A stretch of DNA of 64,000 nt from Candidatus Enterousia sp. (GCA_045635585.1 JAZTWA010000012.1:19315-83314), one strand, 5' to 3'. Counted from the first letter of the stretch, positions 46,539 to 57,727 are shown. Notes: generated by a model not told the origin, from the letters alone. Program-made: numbers and translations.

Positions 46539-48302
46539 ATGTCTGTTCGTGTTTTACCAGAATTTTTAATCAATCAAATTGCTGCGGGTGAAGTGGTGGA
46601 AAGACCCGCCAGTGTGGTTAAAGAGTTGGTGGAAAATGCGCTGGATGCGGGGGCAGATAATATTGTAATTGATGTTGTTGATGGGGGACGTACATTAATA
46701 AGTGTGATTGATAATGGGTCGGGTATGTCGCGTGATGATTTGGCGCGTGCGATTACACGACATGCAACATCAAAATTACCAGATGATGATTTATTAAATA
46801 TCAACTTTATGGGGTTTCGTGGCGAAGCGTTGCCATCAATTGCGTCTGTGTCTGATATGACGATTGATACGTGTAATGGGGTTGATGCAAATGGATGGGT
46901 GATTGATTGTAATACCGCAGAAATCAAACCGTCTGATTGGGAGGCGGGAACACGTATTCGTGTTCAGAACTTGTTTGCCAAGACGCCTGCACGATTAAAG
47001 TTTTTGCGCGGCGATAGGGCCGAAATGATGTCGGTGTTGGAAACGGTGAAAAAGTTGGCAATGGCACGACCAGATGTTGGTTTTGTGTTGAATAACAAAT
47101 GGTTCTTTCCGAAAAATGAAGATGTTTTGGCGCGGATTAATGCGGTAATGGGTGATGATGTTATTGGGCGTATGTTACAAGTCAGTGCCGATTCGTGTTC
47201 TTTGTCGAATATGAAATTAACAGGTTTTATTTCGGATCCAACATTGCGTCGCGCGTCCAGTGTGGATCAATATTTATTTGTTAATGGGCGACCTGTCAAA
47301 GACAAGGTTTTGGTTGGTGCGTTGCGGGCGGCGTATATGGATGTTATGCATGCGCGCGAATTCCCATTGTGTGCATTATATTTGACGTTGCCGACAAATG
47401 CGGTTGATGTAAATGTTTCGCCGGCCAAAACAGATGTGCATTTCTTGGAACCAACGCATGTGCGGTCTTTTATAATCAAGGCGTTGCGGGATAGGTTGTC
47501 CCAGACGATGGTCGCAAATAATGCTGTGGTGGAACCAGTTGTGGTGGCGACTGTGGCAAAACCATTGGTTATGGATATGCCAATTCGAAATGTGGCACCA
47601 AAGTTTGATTTTGGTATAAAACGGGATTCTTTTGTTGTGCGCGATATGGTTGATTCTTCAACTGCGTTTGAAGTGGCCAAAGAATTTTATATGAAACAAA
47701 AAGAAGATGCGGTTCCAGAAGAAAAAAATATCCCAGATGATATGCCGTTGGGGCGTGTAGTGGGACAGGTGGCAAACAAATATATTATTGCGCAAAAGGG
47801 CGATAGTATGATTGTGGTGGACCAACATGCCGCACATGAACGTATCACATATGAAAAACTGCGTACAAATAAAATTAAAACACAGCCATTGTTGACGCCG
47901 ATTGTGGTTAATTTGCGTGCAGAAGATGTGTCGGCGGTCTTGTCAATAGCAGATGAATTAAAGTTATCTGGGTTGTCGATTGATGGTTTTGGTGATGATG
48001 CTGTTGCTATATTCGAAAAGCCAGCAGATTGGGATATGAATTGGACAGATATATTGCGTGCAATCGCAGATGAAGTACGTGAATATGGACATTCGTCACA
48101 ATTAAAAGAAAAATTGCATTTGAAATTGGCAAACTATGCATGTCATCATTCGGTGCGAGCAGGACAAAAATTGGACTATAATCAAATGGATGCTTTGTTG
48201 CGTGATGTTGAAAAAACAGAACGCGCAGGACAATGTAATCATGGGCGGCCCGTATTTAAAATAATCCCAATAACCGAAATTGATGGTTGGTTTGAAAGAT
48301 AG
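46539..48302 (+). CDS. mutL: DNA mismatch repair protein MutL
   Basis: GHKL ATPase N-terminus (INQIAAGEVVERPASVVKELVENALDAGA) and a C-terminal dimerisation domain. 587 aa. Confidence 0.9.
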   Translation: MSVRVLPEFLINQIAAGEVVERPASVVKELVENALDAGADNIVIDVVDGGRTLISVIDNGSGMSRDDLARAITRHATSKLPDDDLLNINFMGFRGEALPSIASVSDMTIDTCNGVDANGWVIDCNTAEIKPSDWEAGTRIRVQNLFAKTPARLKFLRGDRAEMMSVLETVKKLAMARPDVGFVLNNKWFFPKNEDVLARINAVMGDDVIGRMLQVSADSCSLSNMKLTGFISDPTLRRASSVDQYLFVNGRPVKDKVLVGALRAAYMDVMHAREFPLCALYLTLPTNAVDVNVSPAKTDVHFLEPTHVRSFIIKALRDRLSQTMVANNAVVEPVVVATVAKPLVMDMPIRNVAPKFDFGIKRDSFVVRDMVDSSTAFEVAKEFYMKQKEDAVPEEKNIPDDMPLGRVVGQVANKYIIAQKGDSMIVVDQHAAHERITYEKLRTNKIKTQPLLTPIVVNLRAEDVSAVLSIADELKLSGLSIDGFGDDAVAIFEKPADWDMNWTDILRAIADEVREYGHSSQLKEKLHLKLANYACHHSVRAGQKLDYNQMDALLRDVEKTERAGQCNHGRPVFKIIPITEIDGWFER

Positions 48303-48380
48303 GGGATTTTTACTTTATTTTTCCTTTACAATAACGGCTTTTTTTACTATTGTGCCATTATTAAAGCAAGGAGAAATCAT

Positions 48381-48692
48381 ATGGAACAAGCAAATGAAGT
48401 CGTTGAAACTGTTGTGCAAACAGGGGCGGGGACACCACAAAATGGTTTTTGGGGTATGGTCCTGTATTGCGCGGTGGTTTTTGGCATAATATACTTTTTG
48501 ATGGTTCGTCCAAATAAAAAGCGTATGGCAGAATATCAGAAAATGCTGGATTCTTTACAGGTGGGGAATCGTGTAATGGCGGCCGGTATTTATGGTGTTA
48601 TCAAAAAGATTAATGAAAAAACAATCGAATTAGAAGTTGCCAAAGGCGTTGTTATCGAAGTGAATAAAAACGCAGTGGCCAGCGTCGAATAA
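48381..48692 (+). CDS. yajC: Preprotein translocase subunit YajC
   Basis: Single TM plus FLMVRPNKKRMAEYQKMLDSLQVGNRV motif. It precedes secD and secF. Confidence 0.8.
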   Translation: MEQANEVVETVVQTGAGTPQNGFWGMVLYCAVVFGIIYFLMVRPNKKRMAEYQKMLDSLQVGNRVMAAGIYGVIKKINEKTIELEVAKGVVIEVNKNAVASVE

Positions 48693-48710
48693 AATAAAAG
48701 GTGTAGTGGT

Positions 48711-50264
48711 ATGTTTAAAAAATTGGCGATAGTTTTTGTTGCGGTGTTTTGTGTCTTGTTGGCGGTGCCAACAATGTCGCCGAAAATGGCACCATATTTT
48801 CCATCTTGGATTGGACCGGTTCCATTGGGGTTGGATTTAAAAGGTGGGGCACAATTGTTGTTAGAAGTTGATACATCAACAATGTTCCAAGAAAAAACTG
48901 TACAATTATATGATGAAACACGCAGTGCATTGATTGATAGAAACAAGGGTGTTATTCGTTTCTCTAATTTGCGTAATCATGATGGGGTTGTGTCGTTTGT
49001 TGTTAAAAATGCAGATGATGTATCGAGTGCCAAAGGACGTTTGAAAAGCGTTTTTGGTAATACTGTTGATATGACCAGTGATGATAAGACGATTCGTTTG
49101 ACTTATTCTGATAAACAAAAGGAAGAGATGGTTAAAGATGCCTTGGCGCGCAGTATTGAAATTGTTCGTCGTCGTATTGATGCGCTGGGGACCAAAGAAC
49201 CATCAATTCAAAGTCAGGGTGGAAAGTATATCTTGGTCCAATTGCCGGGGGTTGATAATCCAGAACGTATTAAAGAATTGATTGGGCAGACTGCAAAAAT
49301 GACATTCCATTTGGTTAACGAAAGTGTGTCGCCAGAACAAATTGCGTCGGGGCGTGCACCAAATGGTACACAATTTTTGCCATATATGGATATGCCGGGG
49401 CAAACAATCCCTGTTTATTCAAGAATCGAAGTTTCGGGTGAATCTTTGAAAGATTCACAGGCAGATTTTGACCAGAATAATATGCCAGTTGTTTCGACTG
49501 TGTTCGATGCATCGGGGGCGCGACGTTTTGCAAAATTGACAACAGAACATGTTAATGAACGTTTTGCGATTGTGTTGGACGGTAAAGTTTTGTCTGCACC
49601 GGTAATTCGTGAACCAATCCCAGGTGGACGTGGTCAAATATCGGGTGGCTTTACATTACAGGGTGCCAAAGATTTGGCGGTCTTGTTGCGCAGTGGTGCA
49701 TTGCCGGCCCCATTACAAGTTATAGAAGAACGTACCGTTGGTGCGGGATTAGGTGCTGATACAATTGAACAGGGTAAATTGGGTTCGATTGTTGGTGTGC
49801 TGTTTATCTTTATATTCTTGTTTATGGTATATCGTGGTTTTGGTGTAATTGCCGGTATCGCTTTGATGGTGAACTTGGGCATGATTGTTGGTTTGACCGC
49901 ATTGTTTGGTGCGACATTAACATTGCCAGGTATCGCGGGTATTGTGTTGACGCTGGGTATGGCGGTGGACGCGAATGTATTGCCGTTTGAACGAATTCGT
50001 GATGAAATAAAATCAGGCGTGCCATCAATGCGTGCGGTAAATTTGGGCTTTGATAAGGCAATGAAAGCGGTTTTAGACGGAAATCTTACCACTTTGATTT
50101 GTGCCTTGGTGTTGTTCCAGTTTGGTGCCGGTCCAATTCGTGGTTTTGCGGTTACTTTGTCAATCGGTATTTTGACAACATTGTTTACATGTGTATGCTT
50201 GTCCAAGGTTATTATCGATTGGTATATGAACGGCAAAAATAAAAAAATTGGTTATGTAAGATAA
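48711..50264 (+). CDS. secD: Protein translocase subunit SecD
   Basis: 517 aa with an N-terminal TM, large periplasmic domain and C-terminal 5-TM bundle. Confidence 0.9.
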   Translation: MFKKLAIVFVAVFCVLLAVPTMSPKMAPYFPSWIGPVPLGLDLKGGAQLLLEVDTSTMFQEKTVQLYDETRSALIDRNKGVIRFSNLRNHDGVVSFVVKNADDVSSAKGRLKSVFGNTVDMTSDDKTIRLTYSDKQKEEMVKDALARSIEIVRRRIDALGTKEPSIQSQGGKYILVQLPGVDNPERIKELIGQTAKMTFHLVNESVSPEQIASGRAPNGTQFLPYMDMPGQTIPVYSRIEVSGESLKDSQADFDQNNMPVVSTVFDASGARRFAKLTTEHVNERFAIVLDGKVLSAPVIREPIPGGRGQISGGFTLQGAKDLAVLLRSGALPAPLQVIEERTVGAGLGADTIEQGKLGSIVGVLFIFIFLFMVYRGFGVIAGIALMVNLGMIVGLTALFGATLTLPGIAGIVLTLGMAVDANVLPFERIRDEIKSGVPSMRAVNLGFDKAMKAVLDGNLTTLICALVLFQFGAGPIRGFAVTLSIGILTTLFTCVCLSKVIIDWYMNGKNKKIGYVR

Positions 50265-50285
50265 TAAATGCAAAGGGGTGAAATT

Positions 50286-51149
50286 ATGAAACTGCATTTT
50301 ATGAAATATCGTAAATTAGCGTATTGGATTTCTGGTGCGTTAATCGCTTTGTCGGTGTTGTCACTGGCATTTCGTGGATTGAATTATGGTATTGACTTTT
50401 CGGGTGGTATTTCAATGGAAGTTGTGCCAGTTGCCGAAAATTATGGTATCGAACAGATGCGTGAATCTTTGGGTGAATTTAATCCAGAATTACAGCAGGT
50501 CGATGGCAAAGCAATCTTGATTCGTTTGGGATTGCCAAAAGGTGCGACAGATACACAGCAAAATGAACGTGTTGCCCAGATTAAATCTATTTTGGGCGAA
50601 AATGTGCAATATGAACAAATTCAGGTTGTTGGACCAAAAATTGGTGGTGAATTGGTTCGTGGCGGTATTTTGGCGATATTGTTTGCATTTGTCATGATGG
50701 CGATTTATGTTTGGATTCGATACAAGGGTGGTTATGCAATTGGTGCATTTGTGTCTTTGTTCTTGGATTTCGTATTGATGTTTGGGTTCTTTTCGATTAC
50801 AGGTTTGGAATTCAATCAGACGGCAATTGCAGTTATCTTGACTGGTATTGGTTATTCTATTAACGACAAAATTGTTAACTATGATCGTATCGATGAAAAT
50901 GTAAAAAAATATCACAAGATGCCGATGGGCGATTTGATTGAATTGTCTGTTAATGAAATGTTACGTCGTACAATGTTGACATCTGTTTCGACATTATTGG
51001 CCATGATTGGTTTGTGTCTGTTTGGTGGCGTGTTGTTGCGTGACTTTGCGTTGGCAATGGGCTTTTCTGTAATCATGGGTACGTTTACCAGTATCTTTAT
51101 TTCAAATATGATTCTGTATAACTTTAATTTGCGTGATACAGATAAATAA
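50286..51149 (+). CDS. secF: Protein translocase subunit SecF
   Basis: Start at MKLHFMKYRK. SecF TM bundle. It follows secD. Confidence 0.85.
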   Translation: MKLHFMKYRKLAYWISGALIALSVLSLAFRGLNYGIDFSGGISMEVVPVAENYGIEQMRESLGEFNPELQQVDGKAILIRLGLPKGATDTQQNERVAQIKSILGENVQYEQIQVVGPKIGGELVRGGILAILFAFVMMAIYVWIRYKGGYAIGAFVSLFLDFVLMFGFFSITGLEFNQTAIAVILTGIGYSINDKIVNYDRIDENVKKYHKMPMGDLIELSVNEMLRRTMLTSVSTLLAMIGLCLFGGVLLRDFALAMGFSVIMGTFTSIFISNMILYNFNLRDTDK

Positions 51150-51188
51150 TATGGCGTATGGGTCGTCACAACCATGGGGGGATAGATA

Positions 51189-52697
51189 ATGAGAATGAAA
51201 AATTTCTTGGTGTTTATGGGATTGATTATGGGGGTGACGACATCTTATGCATCAAATAGTTTGTTTTTTGAAGATGAACCAATTCAAGATGGTATTAATG
51301 TTTTTGAAGTGTCAAAAACGTTTGCCGATATTTATGAGAAATTAGACAGTGTGAATTGGGCCGGAAAAAATCTGAATATTGCAATTGAAAGTTTGGAAAA
51401 TTTGCATTCGTCTGCGCATGTGGCGGCCACAGATGAACGTGTGGTTTTGGTGTGGGGGGATTCTATTATTGGAAATTATCCGCGCCCAGATGACAAAGAT
51501 TGGAATGGGTTTGGGGAAATTACAACTGCGATAATATTAAAAATGCGTGCTGCAGACCCAGGTTTTGGTGCATTGACAGAAAGCGAAATGTATCAGGCCG
51601 TTGTGGATAGTTTAATTCGTGGTATCGATGAAAATGGACGGTATATTTTTTCCCAAGCTGCAGAAATTGCAGAAGATGGACGCATTTTGACCAGTGTCGG
51701 ATTAGAAGGGGGACGTGATTTTCGTGGTAATTTTCGTGTAACTGGAATTTACAAAGGGGCGCCAGCAGATAATGCCGGTGTACGTGTTGGGGATTTGATT
51801 GTGCAGGTTAATGGAAAATCTGTACAACAAATGTCAGATGCAGAATTATCGGATATGATAAGTGGTTTTAATTCTGGTACATCGAAGATAAAATTATTAA
51901 CCCCATATGGTGACAAGGATGTTGTTTTGCGTCGTGCCACAATCGTATTGGCAGATGCAGATGTTGTTCATCGCAGTGATCCAGAAACAGGTGGTGTTTT
52001 GGAAATTATTTTACATGAGGTATCTGATGGGGCCGTTGCAATTATTAATGAAGCATTGGCAAAATATTCAGATGTGTCGGGAATTATATTAGATTTACGC
52101 GCAACAAATGGTGATGATGAAAGGGCTGCAGCAAAGTTGGCCGGAATGTTTATGGGACAGGTGCCGGTAATGCGTGTGGTTGAAACAGCGCGCGATGAAG
52201 TTGAAGTTGTACCAGGGGGTGATTCGGTTTCTGATGTTCCTGTGGTTGTTTTGATGTCTGATATGACACGTGGTACCGCAGAAGCATTGGCAGCGGCATT
52301 TTATGAAAACAAGCGTGGTGTATTGGTTGGTACACCAACCGCAGGTAATGCCCGTATTACATCGCGTATTGAATTAAATAATGGTGGTGCATTAGAATTA
52401 TTAAATAAATCAATTAAGTCGGGATTGGGACGTGTTATTGATGGACGTGGTGTTTTTCCAATTGTTTGTTTATCAAATATTAGATCCAGTCAGCAGCAAA
52501 ATGCATTCTTTTTGAACGTGATTAATAATGATTTTCATGCGCGTGACTTTAATAAAGAAACGGATGTTAAGCCAAGTGATATTCGCAAAGGATGTCCTGT
52601 TATTACAAGTGGAACCGATGAGGACGCATTGGCAATGGCAGTGGCCGTAAAAATCCTGACAGATAAAAAAGTCTATGATGGATTAATTGCAGAATAA
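51189..52697 (+). CDS. S41 (C-terminal processing peptidase)-family homolog with PDZ domain; catalytic Ser/Lys apparently substituted
   Basis: Signal peptide, PDZ domain (FRVTGIYKGAPADNAGVRVGDLIVQVNGKSV), and S41 core (ILDLRATNGDD...VVVLMSDMTRGTAEALAAAF...VGTPTAGNA). Canonical GSASASE / TFGKG are replaced by GTAEA / TAGNA. Confidence 0.55.
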   Translation: MRMKNFLVFMGLIMGVTTSYASNSLFFEDEPIQDGINVFEVSKTFADIYEKLDSVNWAGKNLNIAIESLENLHSSAHVAATDERVVLVWGDSIIGNYPRPDDKDWNGFGEITTAIILKMRAADPGFGALTESEMYQAVVDSLIRGIDENGRYIFSQAAEIAEDGRILTSVGLEGGRDFRGNFRVTGIYKGAPADNAGVRVGDLIVQVNGKSVQQMSDAELSDMISGFNSGTSKIKLLTPYGDKDVVLRRATIVLADADVVHRSDPETGGVLEIILHEVSDGAVAIINEALAKYSDVSGIILDLRATNGDDERAAAKLAGMFMGQVPVMRVVETARDEVEVVPGGDSVSDVPVVVLMSDMTRGTAEALAAAFYENKRGVLVGTPTAGNARITSRIELNNGGALELLNKSIKSGLGRVIDGRGVFPIVCLSNIRSSQQQNAFFLNVINNDFHARDFNKETDVKPSDIRKGCPVITSGTDEDALAMAVAVKILTDKKVYDGLIAE

Positions 52698-52725
52698 ATG
52701 TGCAAAACACACAGGGGGTGCCAAA

Positions 52726-53408
52726 TGTTTTTAACATCAGATAATAAAATTAAATGGCGCAAAATTGGAATTGCTGGGATTATAACAGGGGTATTAGTTT
52801 TTGCGGGGATATGTTGTTTTGATAAACCCTTGTTTATGATGTTGCGATATTTGAATTGTCCACTGTGGGAATTTTTTGATAAGATTTTCGCAGGTGAAGT
52901 TTGGATAATTGTATCTTTTATTGCGGCACTGTTTTTCTGTGCGAAAAAGTGCGCCCAGACGGATTGTGAATTTTTAAATCCAATGCGTGCAACAAATGTA
53001 ATGGGTTTTATAAAAAAATTTTTTTATAGCACCAAGAATAATTATGCATTTTTGATTTTTTATAGTGTTTTTGCGGCTGGAATAATTGCAAAAATTGCCA
53101 AGACATTTATTGGTCGTGCACGCCCGATTTTTTTTGAAGCGTTGGATATGACTGGATTTTTTCCGCCATCAACAGATTGGGCTTTTAATTCAATGCCATC
53201 GGGACATACCACAATCAGTTTTGCGGGGTTGGTTATGATTGGTTTGTTGGCCCCAAAATACAAGGCTTTGACATGGGGAATAGCAATTATTATCGCTGTG
53301 TCGCGTGTCGCAATTGGGGCGCATTGGCCATCAGACGTTATTTTGGGTGCGTTTATTGGTATGGTGGTTGCAGATGTGGTTAAAGGAATCTTGGCACAAA
53401 AAAAATAA
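52726..53408 (+). CDS. PAP2-family membrane phosphatase (PgpB/LpxE-like)
   Basis: Motifs KxxxxxxRP (KTFIGRARP), PSGH, and SRxxxxxHxxxD (SRVAIGAHWPSDV). Start at MFLTSD. Confidence 0.65.
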
Positions 53409-53475
53409 TTATTTTATGGCGATTAGAAATAATCGCCTGTTTTTTTTGATGAAATTGTGATAGAATGCACATGCT

Positions 53476-55761
53476 ATGGCAGGAAAATCAAAGTTTTTAC
53501 CACAACGTATTTCTGATGCGTTAAAGGAATTAGGTGTTCGCGCGTTTGGCGCGTTGGTGTTTTTGTTGGGATTATGGGCTATATCTGCACTGGTGTTCTA
53601 TAATCCAAATCTGACGGGTTTCGCTGTGTATGGTACTTTTGGTGACCAAAGTGTTATGGGGTATCTTGTTGGAATGTTGCGTTATGCAATTGGTGCTGTT
53701 CCGACTTTGTTTGTTTGCTTGTGTGTGGTACGTTGGGGTGGGGGACGTTTTATTGGTATGGCCCCGTCTGGTGCGCCAGAATATAATTTTTTGCGTGGGT
53801 TTATAGCGACATGTCTGGGTGCGATTGCGTTTGGTTTAATTGCGCCAAAGTCAACATTTGGCGGGTTGTTTGGTGCAATTGTTGCCAGTGATTTATCCAA
53901 AGTAATTGGTTCAATGTCTGTTTTTGTTGGTGTTGTGGCATTGGTGGGGTTTGCGGTTATGGCGGGAATCTTATTGCATATAAATTGGGGGCATTTACAG
54001 CGTACGTTACGTCTTTTTGTTCGTTGGTTGCGTTGGGTTGGTGCGGCATTCCATTTAACAAATGGTGATGTGGCATGTCCTGTTGTGGCAGAAGATGATG
54101 ATAATGAAGATGTTGGGGACGAAGAAGAAACAGAAGAATACGATACGGAAGATACAGAAGAAGAGAATGTAACAGAAGACGAAGAACCAAAGCAACGTGG
54201 TTTGCTGCGTAAAAAAGTCGTGAAAAAAGTGGCGGTGGCGGCAACGCCGGTGCGTCGGTCAATTGCGGCACAATATGAATTGCCGGATCCAAAGTTCTTG
54301 GAAAAATCTGCGTTTAGTAAGTGTTCTGTTACACCAGAATTAAAACAAAATGCACGCAGTATGGAAGTAAAGTTTGCGCAGTATGGTGTGCGGGGCAAGG
54401 TGGTTGGAATTAAACCAGGACCAATTGTTACACTTTATGAATTTATGCCAGATGATGGTACACGTATGGCAGATGTTAACAAGACTGTTACAGATATGAC
54501 GCGCGCGATGGCAACTGAAAGTATTCGTATCGCACATATACCACGTACGCAATTGATTGGTGTTGAAATGGTGAATTTAACCCGACAGACGGTAAGATAT
54601 CGTGGGTTGGTTGAAAATCCACTGTTTGTTGAATCAAAATATAAGATACCGTTGGCATTGGGTGTTGATATTGGTGGAAATCCAATGTACTTTGATTTGG
54701 CAAAAATGCCACATATGTTGGTCGCAGGACGTACCGGTTCGGGTAAGTCTGTGTTTGTTCAATCTATTATTACATCAATTGTTTATCACTTTACACCAGA
54801 TAAATGTAAGTTGATTATTATTGACCCAAAAGGTGTGGATTTTGGTTTTTGGGATGACATCCCACACCTGATTACACCGATTGTTAAGTTGGAACCAGAA
54901 CCCGCGGTTAATGCACTGAAATGGGCGGTGCGTGAAATGGAAGAACGTTATAAACAACTGCAGGTTTTGAATGCTCGTAATATCGAAAGTTATAATGAAA
55001 TTGCCGCACAAAAACGCGCCAGTGGGGAAAAGTTAACAAAGCAAGTCGCCGTTGGTACAGATGAAGAAACAGGTGAATTGCTGTTCGAAACGCAAGAAAT
55101 CGATTTGTCTGATATGCCGTATATGGTGATTATTATTGACGAAGTTGCCGATTTAATGAGCTTGGCCCGCAAGGATGTCGAAGCGTGTGTCCAACGTATT
55201 GCACAAAAGGCGCGTGCCGCCGGTATTCACTTGGTTATGGCGACCCAGCGTCCAGACGCAACAACGATTACCGGTGTTATCAAGGCGAATTTCCCAACGC
55301 GTATCTCATTCCAAGCACGCAGTCGTATCGATAGTGTAACATGTCTGGGCGAAGGTGGGGCAGAACAGTTGTTGGCAATGGGGGATATGTTGTTCAGTGA
55401 AGCGGGACGTGTGCCGGTACGTATCCATGGTGCGTTTATTAGTGACCCTGAATTAAAGCGGATTGGTGATTTCTTGCGCGGACAGGGTGAACCAGAATAT
55501 GCCGCAGGTGTAACGGATTCGGTGGATGCGTCGGGTGGCGCAGATGTTGGTGGTGGTTTTGGTGGTGCGTCGGGTGATAAAGATGGGGATTTATATGCAC
55601 GCGCCAAAGAATGTGTGCTGCGTGATAAAAAACCAACAATTTCATATATTCAACGTCGATTACAAATTGGATATAACAAGGCGGCCGGATTTATGGAACG
55701 GATGGAAGCGGATGGTATTGTATCTGCACCTGATGCGAATAATAAACGTCATATTTTGTAA
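53476..55761 (+). CDS. ftsK: DNA translocase FtsK
   Basis: N-terminal TM domain, acidic linker, motor domain (Walker A GRTGSGKS, ...ATQRPD...), and C-terminal gamma (winged-helix) domain. 761 aa. Confidence 0.9.
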   Translation: MAGKSKFLPQRISDALKELGVRAFGALVFLLGLWAISALVFYNPNLTGFAVYGTFGDQSVMGYLVGMLRYAIGAVPTLFVCLCVVRWGGGRFIGMAPSGAPEYNFLRGFIATCLGAIAFGLIAPKSTFGGLFGAIVASDLSKVIGSMSVFVGVVALVGFAVMAGILLHINWGHLQRTLRLFVRWLRWVGAAFHLTNGDVACPVVAEDDDNEDVGDEEETEEYDTEDTEEENVTEDEEPKQRGLLRKKVVKKVAVAATPVRRSIAAQYELPDPKFLEKSAFSKCSVTPELKQNARSMEVKFAQYGVRGKVVGIKPGPIVTLYEFMPDDGTRMADVNKTVTDMTRAMATESIRIAHIPRTQLIGVEMVNLTRQTVRYRGLVENPLFVESKYKIPLALGVDIGGNPMYFDLAKMPHMLVAGRTGSGKSVFVQSIITSIVYHFTPDKCKLIIIDPKGVDFGFWDDIPHLITPIVKLEPEPAVNALKWAVREMEERYKQLQVLNARNIESYNEIAAQKRASGEKLTKQVAVGTDEETGELLFETQEIDLSDMPYMVIIIDEVADLMSLARKDVEACVQRIAQKARAAGIHLVMATQRPDATTITGVIKANFPTRISFQARSRIDSVTCLGEGGAEQLLAMGDMLFSEAGRVPVRIHGAFISDPELKRIGDFLRGQGEPEYAAGVTDSVDASGGADVGGGFGGASGDKDGDLYARAKECVLRDKKPTISYIQRRLQIGYNKAAGFMERMEADGIVSAPDANNKRHIL

Positions 55762-55828
55762 AAATGTAAAATATATTTTACTTTTTTCGCGGGGGGATTT
55801 GTGATAAAATTGCATAAGTAGAGAGAAT

Positions 55829-57727
55829 ATGATTTTTTTGAAAAGGCTTTTTTTATTGATGTTGTTTTGTGTGCCATGTGTCGCAGGCGCACAGGTTGCA
55901 ACCACCGCGGGCAGTAATTTGACCGCATGGAATGGTGATACGGGGGCAACAAATAATAATAATTGGAATCAATTAATGAACAGTCGTACCCAAACGGGTG
56001 GTACAACGGCCAAGGCGGACTTTGGAAATTGTAATTCGTTGGTTATGCGCTGTGCCCAGCCAAAGTGTGCGGGTTGTACGACAATGGATTTGGCACGTAC
56101 GGTGGTTGAAGGTTGTGTTACGGCCAGTGCGGAATGTAAAAAGCATGGTGCTGAACTGGTTGAATATATTTCGGCACAAATCGTGGCAAATGCAAACGCA
56201 AAGTATCAAGAACAACAATTGGCAATGCAACAGGCCGCCGCCCAGCAGGCCGCCGCACAAAACAGTCAACAGTTGCAACAAATGCAGGCACAGATGCAGC
56301 AAATGCAATATGATATGCAACAACAAAATGCAATGCAGATGCAACAGATGCAGGCCGCATTAGAAGAACAAAAAGCCTTGGCCGCCGCCGCGCAGGCCGA
56401 AGCCTTGGCCGCACAAGAAGCGCGAAATCAGGCGTCCCAGCCCGGCGCATTAAGTGATGCACAGATAGAGGCTGCAAAAAGTGGTGTGTCCGAAGATTTG
56501 TTAATGCGTCAGCAAATCAGTGGTCAAATTTTAAGTTCTGTTGAAAATGCAGAAACGTTATTAAAGAAGTTAGATACCACAATGCAATCGGTCTTTTTGT
56601 ATGCGGGATGTGATAAACGTGGAAACAATTGTACGGGCCCAAAGCGAGTTTCCGTATTCAAGGATAAAGCACAACAGTTTTTTGAACCATATGATGAAAT
56701 CGTTGATGAAATGTACGATGCATTAGAAATGGCGTTGGCTGTGGGTGTGGACGTGTCTGATGTTATTATGACGTTGTCGGGGTCGTGTAACAAGTGGGCT
56801 AAATATTTATGTATGGGGGAAACCAAAGGGCATGAGCCAATTACATATGAAGATGCCACATGCAGAAATGGTAAGTCGGTTCGTGTTGAAGGTGAATATG
56901 TCAAAGGTGGCCAAGATTGTTCGAGTGGTATGATTGTGCCACCACAAGATGATACAAGATGTACTTGGGCGGCTTGGATAGATGATTCTGATAATATTTT
57001 GCGTAATTGGTTGGATTTAAATGATGGTGATGATGAAGATAAATTAATTCGTATGGGGTGTGCAACATCCGCACTGAATTCGATTGCATCGTTTGGTCGT
57101 CGGACCAGTCGCCAAGGTGCCGCATTGGATTTGGAAACGTTGGAACGTATCTTGTTACAAGATGCGCCGGTATATTCGGGAAATAATCGTTTTTCAGGTG
57201 GGAATGCACACGATAAAAATATTGAACGTGTAAAATATTGCGCATTAAGTGAAAAAGGATATAAACGATTGAAAAATGCGGTTGATACCAAAAAATTGCC
57301 AAGTGATATTTGCATGAAATATGATGATTTGTATAAAAAGGTTGGTGTACTTGGTGTACTGGGATTTTCAATTGCTGATAATGAATTAACGGGTATTGGT
57401 ATTGTGCCGAATATAAACGAAGAAGAAGCATGTACGTCATCTAAACCTTGGGTGAAAGCCGGTTGTAGTTTGTCTTGGGATCCTGTGGTTGGTTGTGTTG
57501 TTTCAAACAATTGTGAATATTATGGTAAGTATGTTATGACAAAGTCAGAAATTTCAGATTGTTCGGAGCAAAAAGGTACTATTGTAGATGGTAAATGCAG
57601 TGTTCCGATAACTGCAACTACTACTACATCGGGTGCTTTAAATATGGGGGGGGGTAGTAGGGTGCCGAAACTGGATTATAGTGTTTTTGATACAAAATTA
57701 AACATTTTAGGATTGCAAGGTTTATAG
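55829..57727 (+). CDS. Large secreted cysteine-rich protein with Gln/Ala-rich coiled-coil segment, function unknown
   Basis: Signal peptide MIFLKRLFLLMLFCVPCVAGA. About 24 Cys in the mature protein, clustered in the N-terminal and C-terminal regions. Central (MQQ)n/QQAAAQ low-complexity coiled coil. 632 aa. Confidence 0.5.
   Translation: MIFLKRLFLLMLFCVPCVAGAQVATTAGSNLTAWNGDTGATNNNNWNQLMNSRTQTGGTTAKADFGNCNSLVMRCAQPKCAGCTTMDLARTVVEGCVTASAECKKHGAELVEYISAQIVANANAKYQEQQLAMQQAAAQQAAAQNSQQLQQMQAQMQQMQYDMQQQNAMQMQQMQAALEEQKALAAAAQAEALAAQEARNQASQPGALSDAQIEAAKSGVSEDLLMRQQISGQILSSVENAETLLKKLDTTMQSVFLYAGCDKRGNNCTGPKRVSVFKDKAQQFFEPYDEIVDEMYDALEMALAVGVDVSDVIMTLSGSCNKWAKYLCMGETKGHEPITYEDATCRNGKSVRVEGEYVKGGQDCSSGMIVPPQDDTRCTWAAWIDDSDNILRNWLDLNDGDDEDKLIRMGCATSALNSIASFGRRTSRQGAALDLETLERILLQDAPVYSGNNRFSGGNAHDKNIERVKYCALSEKGYKRLKNAVDTKKLPSDICMKYDDLYKKVGVLGVLGFSIADNELTGIGIVPNINEEEACTSSKPWVKAGCSLSWDPVVGCVVSNNCEYYGKYVMTKSEISDCSEQKGTIVDGKCSVPITATTTTSGALNMGGGSRVPKLDYSVFDTKLNILGLQGL

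Noticed and set aside
53682-54398. 238-aa minus-strand ORF
   Set aside because: Antisense to the ftsK acidic-linker region. Ser-rich low-complexity. ftsK is unambiguous.
56524-57510. 328-aa minus-strand ORF
   Set aside because: Antisense to the Cys-rich secreted-protein gene. The plus-strand frame has a signal peptide, SD and a coherent domain structure, so the sense frame is preferred.
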